A stretch of DNA of 64,000 nucleotides. Source: Blastocladiella emersonii ATCC 22665. Taxonomy: Eukaryota > Fungi > Blastocladiomycota. The translations under genes and the position numbers were made by a program. Location: NCBI GenBank assembly GCA_025594325.1, contig JANHCV010000002.1, positions 1,364,001 to 1,428,000 of the forward strand, given 5' to 3'. Shown piece by piece: positions 34,903-43,938 of this stretch (position 1 is the first letter of the stretch; every line of letters begins with the position of its first letter). The notes beneath the pieces are model-generated. The model saw only the letters and a program-made list of their open reading frames with translations, was not told where the DNA came from and made no database searches.

Positions 34903-37900
34903 CTACTGGTTCGGTGGGTCCTGCCCGTGCGGGTGCAGCGACGAGGCGCCCTGGCTCGACCCGGAACCCGTCCGCCCATCTGGACTCAGCATCTGGTTGG
35001 ACGCCATGGAGCTCGCCCTGGACACGTTCGAGTTGACCGAGGTCTGGCTACGCACCACTTCGCTCTGGCCGCGGTGGAGGATGGACGAGAGCGGCGCCAT
35101 GAGCCCGCTTCTTCCGCCGCTCATGAGGCTCGGCGTGAGTAGCGACGACTTCTTGCGGCTGTTGCGGATGTCGGCCGACAGCCGCTTGCTCGTTGCATCG
35201 GCCTCCTTGCGAGCCTTCTCCTCCTCCTCGGCCTTGCGCCGCGCGTCGCGCTCTTGCCGCTCGTTGATGACGGCGCGGAAAACCTCGCGCACCGTCGGGT
35301 ACTGCGACAAGATATCGTTGAAGTCGTCCTTCTTGAGCACGCACTGAGAAGGCACGAGCGAGTGAGCGATTAGTTTCCGGTGTAACAGGTAAGCTGAGGA
35401 GATGAAACGCACCAGCTCCGTGTCCATGGCGGTCCTCGCCGTCGCCGTGCGCCGAGACTCCTGGAACAGCGCAATCTCGCCGAAGAAGGCGCCCTGGTTG
35501 AGCGTCGTGAACACCTTGGACTCGTCCTTGGGCATGATGTCGACGCTGCCGGACCGGATAAAGTACATTTCCGTGCCCACGTCGCCGGCCTTGCAAATCT
35601 ACATGCGGCGACCGATAGTTAGCCCCGATGGCCTGCAAAGCGCCTCGTCAAGAGCAGGCGTACGTAGAAGCCCTTGCGGACGCTGATCATCGTGACCCGC
35701 TCGCACAGCGCGACCTTGAACACGTCGTCGGCGGTCTGGAAGATTGGCACCGACGAGATGAGCCTGTTCGAGGTGCGCGAAGTTAGTCACACAGCTCACG
35801 CGCGAGAGTGCGAAGTAATCGTACTCGTAGTAGAGGTGCACACAGACCTCGAGGTAGATGCTCTTGGGCAGCTGGTTGAATGCGTTCTCGGTGTCCATGC
35901 CGCGCTTGTGGATCCACTCGAACTCTACAACGCGGCGGCAGGATCAGAGGACCGATCACCGACGCACAGCTCAAGTGAGCAGCGCACCCTCCTGGTCGAG
36001 CACCTTCTTCTGCAGCTCCGTGGGGAACTCTTGCTTGATCATGTACTTGGACATGAAGTTGCGGCGCAGGTTGCGCAGTTTCGCTACACGGAAGAATTGT
36101 GGCGGAAGCAGTCAGTGGCCACGAAACGGCAGGAACCAGACACGCGAGGTGGATACGCACCAACTTTATCGAGCGCGGCCTGCGAGTCGAACGAGCGGAC
36201 GATTTGCGACAGGTTGCCGAGAATCGAGCCGTAGACGCAGGCGGCGAACATGGCTTCCTACTCTCGCGAAAGGACGGGTCAGGGACGGCATAGAGCACGG
36301 CTGACCGCCGAGCTCGACACGTACCACGATCTGGTACACGGCCTCAGCGAAACACAGCGTTTCTCGCGGGATGAAGAAGAGCGAGCGCTGCGTGACGAAG
36401 CTACGGACGCAAGCGCAGTGAGAACCCGCGACCGAGACGTTTCGGAGCGAGAGACGTACAAGTTATAGAAGTAGCGGTACGTGAGGGACGTCGGCATGCC
36501 CGTGTACTTTTCCTTGGCAATGTACCGCTCGTCCATCCACCGCGTGTGCTCCATGATGGTCGTGTTGACGAACCACCACCCGCACGAGTCGAGGTGCGTC
36601 ACGTACAGACTGAGGATCAGGTTCTTGCACAGGCGCGAGATGGGCGAGCTCATGCCGGGGAGGTGGACCTTGAGCGCCCACGAGATGGTGCCGACGGTGC
36701 CGATCAGGCGGATGAAGCGGAGGACCGAGTACGCGATGAGCTCGTCGGAAATCTCGCTACACACACGCGCGCGGCGAGTCAGCATGCGGTGCCGGATGCG
36801 GCGGCCGACGTACGTACTTCATGTGGTACGAGTAGCGCAAGCTGACAAACTGCAGCCCGGCGACCGGCTTCTTGGAGAAGGTGCCGTCCGAGTAGACGTA
36901 GTACGGGTTGTAGCACTTGAGCGTGTCGGCGAGCGGGCCCTGCGAGCGCGCCAGGAAGATGATGATCCAGTCGAGCGGAATCGCACCAATGACCTCGGCC
37001 CAGCCGTGCATGTTGTTGAAGTAGAAGCGGCGCTTCTCGATGGTCGAGAGCACCAGCTGGCCGTACTTGTCGATCTTGGGCCGGATCAGGTTGGCCGCGA
37101 TGCGCATGAAGTACAGCACGTCGAACAGGAAGAAGTGCAGGACAAAGTCGCTGCCGAACTCGCACATGAACGCAAACGCGACGGGGATGATGATGAGGTA
37201 GTCTACATGAGCGACGCGTGTCAGTCAGCAATCGAGACGGCGAGTCGATGACCGCGAACGCGTACAGATGTCGACGAGCCACATGATCCGGTCCCACATC
37301 CGCCACTCGAACGCGTCGGGCTCGAGCAGGAGGTGCCGCGTGTAGTTGAAGATGCGCTCGCGGATCGGACCGGTCAGTCGCTGGAGGAAGCTCGGTGCAG
37401 GCGTTGCTGGGTCGTAGTTTTGGTCGACGAGATTGTCCGTCTCCTGGTCCACGCCGCCCGTCGGCGACGTGGCGTTCTCGTTGGCCGCGGGCGCGGATCC
37501 GGTGCTCGGCGAGCGCGTCATGCCGGCGGCCGGCGGCGGCTGCTGTTGCTGCTGTTGTTGTGGTGGCGGTGCCTGCTGATGCTGAGGGTGTGCCGCTGGA
37601 TGCGGCGCCGACTGGGCCGAGCTCGGTGTCGAGGCCCCACCCGGCCCAGCCGACGCACCGGCAGTTCCATGGCCCGCCGACGCGTTGGTCGAGACCGAGC
37701 GCACGTCGCCCGCGCTTTTCTCGTGGGTGCCGCTCGACGTGACCGAGCCGGCGTCGTCGCGGAACGAAGCGAGGTCGGCCGAGAAGGTCTCGCGGAGCGC
37801 GCTCGGGCCGTGCATTAATGGCGGGTGGTGCGGCGCGCTCGTGCCACCACCACCGGCGCCGGCACCGGGACCTCCGTGACCCCCACCGCCGACCGACGCC

Positions 37901-38985
37901 GAGGAGCCGTGCGCCGAAGCAGGGCCCGAGGTGCGGGCGATGTGCGGTGGGACCGCCGCGGACCCGCGCGTGAGTGTGTGGTGGACGGTTCGGCGGCCCA
38001 CCTCGATGCTCGCGTTCGAGTGCTTGAGCGAGTTGGCGCCGCCGGCCTCGCTGTTACTGCGGCGGGTGCGGCCCTTCTCGAGGTCGAGACTGCCCGTCGC
38101 CTCGGGCTCGCGGCGGTGGACGACGATCGGCTCGGGCGGCTCCGGTTCCGGCTCGGGCTCGTCGAGGGCGTCGATGGCCGCGGTCTCGGGCTCGTTGAGG
38201 CGCATCATGGAGCGAGCGGCGACGGCCTTGATGGCGAGGGCGACGTTGGCGGGCAGCGAGCCGACGGGCGGCGTCGCACTCACGTTGTGGCTGGACACCG
38301 GGACGCTGCCCCGCTTGGGCGGCGCGACCGAGTGCTGCGCGAGCTGCGAGACGATGCGCTCGTGGTTGCGCGACAGCGTCGACGTGGCTGCGGCGCCCGG
38401 CGGGCTCAGGATGGTGACGCTGCCGGCGAGCGAGCCCGGCGCGGTGCCGCTCGACCGGCTCTCCATGGCCTGCGAGGACGGTGGGCCCTGGCTGTTGGCG
38501 ACGCGCCAGCCGACCATGTCGCTGAGCGAGCCGAGCGACGAGTTGGGCGTGTCGTCGTCTTCGCTGTCCGAGTTGGTGAAGTGCATGCGTGTTGGACCGA
38601 CGTTGGCCGAGCCGACGGCCGAGCCGATCGCGGAGCCGCCGTTGACGGGCGACGGCGACGGGGCGCGCGAGCCCATGGCGGGAGAGTGCGTGTGGTTGAG
38701 CGAGGCGGCCGTGGCGAACACGTCGTTGTCCTCGCCCGTCTTGGGCATGAGAATCTGCGCCGTGGACGAGGCGGACGACGCCGACTCCTCCTCGTCGAGC
38801 GCGGACATGGACATGAGGCTTTCGGGGCGGCTGCTCGAGGTCATGGTGATCTTGGGGATGGCGAGGCCGAAGTCGCGCGAGTTGCGCGAGCTGTCGTTCT
38901 CCTCGCCGTCGTCGCCGACCGTGATGAGCGGCGGCTGCCGCGGCGGATCGGGCATCGACCACGCGGACGAGCTCTTATGCGCCAT
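34903..38985 (-). CDS. 6-TM cyclic-nucleotide-binding channel-like protein (CNG/HCN superfamily) with a non-canonical pore loop
   Basis: Nine GT-AG introns. Long disordered N-terminus, S1-S6 (WDRIMWLVDI; FDVLYFMRIAANL; EVIGAIPLDW; LRFIRL; HLDSCGWW; YGSILGNLSQIV), C-linker (QLPKSIYLEV), and CNBD (ICKAGDVGTEMYFIRSG...FFGEIALFQESRRTATA...YPTVREVF). Confidence 0.92.
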
Positions 38986-39066
38986 GGTGGGCAGCACGTC
39001 GTCGTCGTCGGAGGGTTACGCGCGTCAAAGCGGGCTACACGCGTGCGCGCCGCGAGTTAGCCGGGC

Positions 39067-39140
39067 GGGGGGGGGGGGGAGGGGGGGGAGGGGGGGGAGG
39101 GGGGGGAGGGGGGGGAGGGGGGGGAGGGGGGGGAGGGGGG
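39067..39140 (+). repeat. G-run tandem repeat G13-A-(G8A)x6-G6 with G-quadruplex potential
   Basis: Directly visible 9-bp period, 82-155 nt upstream of the channel ATG. The G-rich strand is the template strand. Confidence 0.95.
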
Positions 39141-40000
39141 TGGACTCCATCTCCATCAAGGATTGCCATCCGCGCGCGTTGACATACGAGAGAGAGAGGT
39201 GGGGAGCGATCAGTCTCGTCCGGGAATACCGAGCGGCATCTATATCCGGTGCCGAGGGGAGGAGCGAGGACGGATCCGCCTGCGGGCGCGATTTGCTAGT
39301 CACTCGCTGTGTACCTCGCGCGCTCTCGCACAGCTCTTCTACGAGTAGGGCGACGCGTGTGGAACTGAGCGGCTGGGACACACGGCGCGCGGTTCTAGAA
39401 GACGGCCTCCGTCGTACCAGGTGCGACCAAGACGCGGGGACGGTGGCGGTTGCGCGCGAGACAGGGGCAGGTGACCCTTGCACAATGACAAATGTCGTGT
39501 CGTTACATTGAGTGCGGGCGGGCGAAACAGAAGCTCTCCCGGCGGCCGCCGTGTCTCGCACGCGACGCGTCGCCTTGGCGCGGGTGGCGCTGCGCGACGC
39601 GTCTCGCGGCACGTGCCGTCTCCGAACGCCCGAAACACACACCCGCTGCACGCATCGACGGAAGGCCCGCACCGCTCATCCGTCTGCCGATGCTCGCCTC
39701 AGGACGCAAACTTGTCCCACTCGAGCTGTTGAGGCGGAGGCGGAGGAGGGGAGACGGCGGCCTGCCTACCCGATCCCAGCCTGGTGGAGCATGCCATCGT
39801 CGAAGATTTAGTGGCACTGGCTTCCGAATCATCTCAGATATAGTATGAAGTGATCGTGAGCAGCAGACCGCCAAGACCGCCACGTAGAAGGCTCGAAGGC
39901 TGGGGCCTGCCGGCGACGCGCCTTCGCGAGCGGGCTTCTCTCCGAGTCGCCTCCGGCACTGCGCGCTGGACTCGCATTCCGCGCTGATACACTTGTCGCA

Positions 40001-40772
40001 ATGAACATCTTCCGCAAGGAGGCGCCCAAGAAGACGATGCGCAAGCAGCAGCGGCAGCTGCGGTCGGCCGAGCGCGACCTGGACCGCGACGCCGTGAACC
40101 TCCAGCGCCAGGAGAAGCAGCTCGAGCTGGACATCAAGAAGGCCGCCAAGGCCGGCCAGACGGGCCAGTGCAGGGCGCTCGCCAAGCAGCTGATCCTGGT
40201 GCGCAAGCAGCGCGAGAAGCTGACGTCGGCCAAGACCCAGCTGCGGTCCGTCGGCCTCAAGACCCAGCAGGTCGCCTCCAACATGGCCATCGCGTCGTCG
40301 CTCCAGGGCGCCACCAAGGTCATGGCCCAGTCCAACCGCACCACCAGCGTCGAGAAGCTGCAGGCCACCATGATGGACTTTGAGCGCCAGAACATGCAGA
40401 TGGACATGAAGGAGGAGATGAGTGCGTTCGCTCTGCTTTCGTGGCGGCGACCCGGGCCGTTGACTGACGCGCGTGCGCCCGACCGTAGTGAACGATGTCA
40501 TCGACGGCGTCATGGACGACGAGGAGGACGAGGAGGAGGGCCAGAACATCCTCGACCAGGTGCTCGACGAGATCGGCATCGAGGTCAGCTCATCGGTACG
40601 TCTTCTCTCGCGACTCGCGCCGTTCGCTCCCGCTGGATCTCACGCGCGCGACGACCTCTAGCTCCCGTCCGCGAGCCGCACCGCGCTCTCGTCCAAGCAA
40701 GCCGACGCGGAAGCAGACGCGGATGCCGAGGCCGACGCGATGCTCAAGCGGCTGGCCATGCTCAAGAACTGA
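40001..40772 (+). CDS. CHMP2B: ESCRT-III Vps2 family subunit, CHMP2B-type
   Basis: Introns 40422-40488 and 40596-40661. LQRQEKQLELDIKKAAK...CRALAKQLILVRKQ, DEEEGQNILDQVLDEIGIE, and C-terminal MIM1-like MLKRLAMLKN*. Confidence 0.88.
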
Positions 40773-40837
40773 CCCCGACTCGACTCGCTGCTGCTGTTGT
40801 TGTTATGTACAGGTTGTTTATCGCGCAACAGGACCGA

Positions 40838-41194
40838 CTACTTGTAGTACATCTCGAGGTTCATGCCGTCGTGGATCTCGTAGTCCTCGAGCGTGATGTG
40901 GTCCTTGTACACCGTGTACCTACGAAGGGCCGCGCCTGTCAGTGCTCCCACTCCACGGCTCAAAGAAGCCAGAGCAGCAACACATACCACTTCTTGAGCT
41001 CAATCTTCTCGGGCCGCGTGCCCGTCTGCGCCGCAATCAGCTTCTTGAGGTCACCGACCGTGTCGTCCGGGTTGCACTTGACGCGGACCTTCTTGCCGAG
41101 CCGGTCGCTGCGAGGGCGCGGGCACCCGCGGTTAGCGTGGTTTCGTTGCATAGAGTGCCGAGTGTGATACATGCTTGCAGAGAATCTCAATCAT
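40838..41194 (-). CDS. HUB1: Ubiquitin-like splicing factor Hub1/UBL5
   Basis: Exons 41194-41175, 41107-40988 and 40919-40838 total 222 nt, or 73 aa: [73 protein letters not shown]. Confidence 0.97.
41108..41174 (-). other. Non-canonical GC-AG spliceosomal intron (HUB1 intron 1)
   Basis: Donor AA|GCATGT, branch GCTAAC (41136-41131), acceptor CGCAG|CGAC. This is the only junction that restores the invariant N-D-R-L-G-K-K. Confidence 0.9.
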
Positions 41195-41336
41195 GATGGT
41201 TGCGAGCGGGGACTCGAAGCCGCGGCTGAGACCGACTTGACTCACCGCCGACCTCCTCTGCGGAACATTCTCGAGCAAAGCGTGAGACTCATGGGGTATG
41301 ATGAAAAGTGTATTCGGCGCTCGGGCGAGGAACGCG

Positions 41337-43745
41337 TTACTCGGGCTCGGGGCCGGGGAGGACGATAGCCGGGTGCGAGCCGGCCGCCGCGAGGGCGGGG
41401 AGCGACGCCGTGGACGAGGATGCCGAGGGCACCGCCGTCGTCGAGTTGGACGACGGCGCCGAACCCGCGCGTGACGGTGACGCCGTAGACGGTCCCGCGG
41501 ACCCAGACGCGGACGATGCAGAGGACGATGCCGCCGCGTTCGCTGCAGCCGCCGCGTTAGCGCGCGCGACAGCGACCTGCTCGACCATACGGAACTCGGC
41601 GAGCTGGCGGTCGATCTCGCCGGCCATCTCGGCGGCCATGGCGTGCCACGTCGATCCGGGCGGGTGGTACATGGTGGCGTTGGCGCACATGAGCATGAGG
41701 TCGCGGTGGAACGCGTCCGTGGACGAGGTGCGGCCCTCGCGCACGCGCTGCTTGATGGTCTTGAGGTCCATGGGCTCGGCGATCACCGACCGGTACATGG
41801 CCTCGTTCTCGCGGCGCACCGCCGAGAAGAAGGTGTGCCCGAGCCGCGAGTTGGCCACGTCGTCCCACTTGTGCATGCACAGCTTGCGCCACGCCTTGAA
41901 CCGGTCGTCGCTCGCCCGCAGCGACGGCCGGCGGCCGCGCCGGCCGCGCACGCTGGCAGCAGCGCCCGACGGGGCGGCGCCCGGCAGACTGGCCGAGGAC
42001 GACGCCGCGCTTGGCGAGGCAGGTCCGTTCGCCGACGCCGTGTCGCCCAGCGTTGGCGTCTCCTCGCGGTCGGTCCGTCGATGCGGCGTGCTTGGCGCGG
42101 GCGAGTCGCGGTCGGTGACCGGGTCGAGCATCACAGACGGACCCTCGGAGACGGTGTCAAAGTCGTCGCCCTCGGTCGAGGCGCCGTCGCCGAGCAGCGT
42201 CATGGCGACCGCGTGGTCAATGGCCGAGAAGCGGGGCGCTGGTCCGAGCGCGACGGCCTGCGCCGAGGCGGGGGCCGGCGAAAGCTGCTTGGGCGCGAGC
42301 ATGACGCTGGACATGGGTGGCGGGGATGGGCCGGGTGGTGGCGACGCTGCTGCGACCGCGGGCCGATCGACGTCCATGCCGTCATTGTCGACGGCGATCT
42401 CCTGGTGCACGGGCTGAGGTGGCGGGATGACGAGTGGTGCGGGAAGCGGGACAGTCGGTGCGGCGAGAGGGACGGCGGGTGCGGCGACGGGTGCAGGAGC
42501 CGTCGGGACGGCAGGTGCGAGTATAGCAGGGACAGTCGGGAGGGTGTGTGCGAGTATAGGTGCATGGGCAGTCGGGATGGCCGTTGCCGCGTTCAGCGCA
42601 GCGTCGAGGGTGGGAGGTGACAGGAGCGGCGAGCGAAACGGCTCGACCGAGCTGGCGCGAGGCGTCGCCGCGGCATCGGGCGCCAGGACCGGTGCCGTGA
42701 CCGGCGACACGGGCAGCGGGACGACGACTGCAGGTGAAGTCCGCGTTGGCGTGCGGTCGGTAGCCGACGGCGGACGCGGGCCGGGCGTAGGCGGAGGCGG
42801 GAGCGTAGCAGGCGGAGGTGGTGGCCGAGGCGAGACCGGCGCCGGTGGTCCAGGCGGCGGCCCGTCCTGCGGCGGCGGCGGGGGCGGGTCAGCGCGGTCG
42901 GGGCCTCCGGCCAGGGGCGCTAGGTTAGGCGGGAGCGCGGCGAAAAAAGGCGACCGCGGCGAGGTCAAGTCCGCGCCCGTCGCGGCACGCTTTCGTGGCG
43001 GCTGCGGCGTCAAGTCGACCTCGTCCGACCCGTGCTCCATGGCAGCGAAGTGGGGCTCGGGAGCGGCGCGTTTTGGCGTGCGGAGGATGGTCGGCGAGAC
43101 GGTGGGGAGCCCGTTGTTGGTGCCGTTGAGTGTCATCGGTGACGAGGGCCGCGCGAGTTCGGCGAGCGGAGAAGTAGGCGCGGTGCTGCTCGGGCCAATG
43201 GACGCCGAGAGGGAGTCGGTCGGCGGCGGGTAGAGCTTGCGTAGCTCCTCGCTAGAGAATAGTGCAAGATCAGTCCACTGATCCAACGCTACGAGCCGGA
43301 TCCGAGCGTACCGCAAGATATCGTCCTCACTCTGAATCGAGTTGAACAGCTCGCGGATCCGCTTCGCATACAGCACCTGCAGCGTGTCGCGGAGCGAGAG
43401 GCCGACGCCGAAGGGGCTCTGCTGCATGATCTGCTGGTAGTGCCACTGCAGCTTGCGCACGCCGGCGCGGCGGAGGTGCGGCGACGAGAGCGGGCACGCG
43501 GCGAGGAGCTTCTGGATCGCGGTCCAGTTGAGCACCGCGGGCGACATATCGTTGACGCGCGAGACGGCGGCGAGGAGGAGGAGGTAGTCCTGCGTAGACC
43601 ACGGGATCTTGGCCGGCTTCGCGTCGGACGACGGATCGGCGGGTGCGGCGGGCGCGTGAGCCGCGGGGGCCGCGGCGGCGTGCTCGACCCCGATGCTCAG
43701 CGGGTCGCGCTCGTCGGGTTGCATTGCAGGTAGTGGTGTGCTCAT
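41337..43745 (-). CDS. BRD8: BRD8/Bdc1-like bromodomain subunit of the NuA4/TIP60 complex
   Basis: N-terminal PWSTQDYLLLLAAVSR...NWTAIQKLL SANT-like segment plus coiled coil, one intron at about 43309-43255, Pro-rich linker, and a bromodomain (YRSVIAEPMDLKTIKQRV...FHRDLMLMCANATMYH). Confidence 0.82.
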   Translation of the reverse strand: MSTPLPAMQPDERDPLSIGVEHAAAAPAAHAPAAPADPSSDAKPAKIPWSTQDYLLLLAAVSRVNDMSPAVLNWTAIQKLLAACPLSSPHLRRAGVRKLQWHYQQIMQQSPFGVGLSLRDTLQVLYAKRIRELFNSIQSEDDILRYARIRLVALDQWTDLALFSSEELRKLYPPPTDSLSASIGPSSTAPTSPLAELARPSSPMTLNGTNNGLPTVSPTILRTPKRAAPEPHFAAMEHGSDEVDLTPQPPRKRAATGADLTSPRSPFFAALPPNLAPLAGGPDRADPPPPPPQDGPPPGPPAPVSPRPPPPPATLPPPPTPGPRPPSATDRTPTRTSPAVVVPLPVSPVTAPVLAPDAAATPRASSVEPFRSPLLSPPTLDAALNAATAIPTAHAPILAHTLPTVPAILAPAVPTAPAPVAAPAVPLAAPTVPLPAPLVIPPPQPVHQEIAVDNDGMDVDRPAVAAASPPPGPSPPPMSSVMLAPKQLSPAPASAQAVALGPAPRFSAIDHAVAMTLLGDGASTEGDDFDTVSEGPSVMLDPVTDRDSPAPSTPHRRTDREETPTLGDTASANGPASPSAASSSASLPGAAPSGAAASVRGRRGRRPSLRASDDRFKAWRKLCMHKWDDVANSRLGHTFFSAVRRENEAMYRSVIAEPMDLKTIKQRVREGRTSSTDAFHRDLMLMCANATMYHPPGSTWHAMAAEMAGEIDRQLAEFRMVEQVAVARANAAAAANAAASSSASSASGSAGPSTASPSRAGSAPSSNSTTAVPSASSSTASLPALAAAGSHPAIVLPGPEPE

Positions 43746-43938
43746 GATCGGCGGTCGGGACGGGTGAGGACGCGCGGACGGACCGTGCGAACCGGCGAAC
43801 GATGAGCGTCGCGACCTCCGCTGCCTTCGAATTCGTCACGGGAGGTCATGCATACCCGCTTTCGCTCTCTCGCAGTCGCGCCGATCGCTATCATGAATCA
43901 ATGAATGTATCAGAGAGTGCATGCAATGCGCTGCGCCA

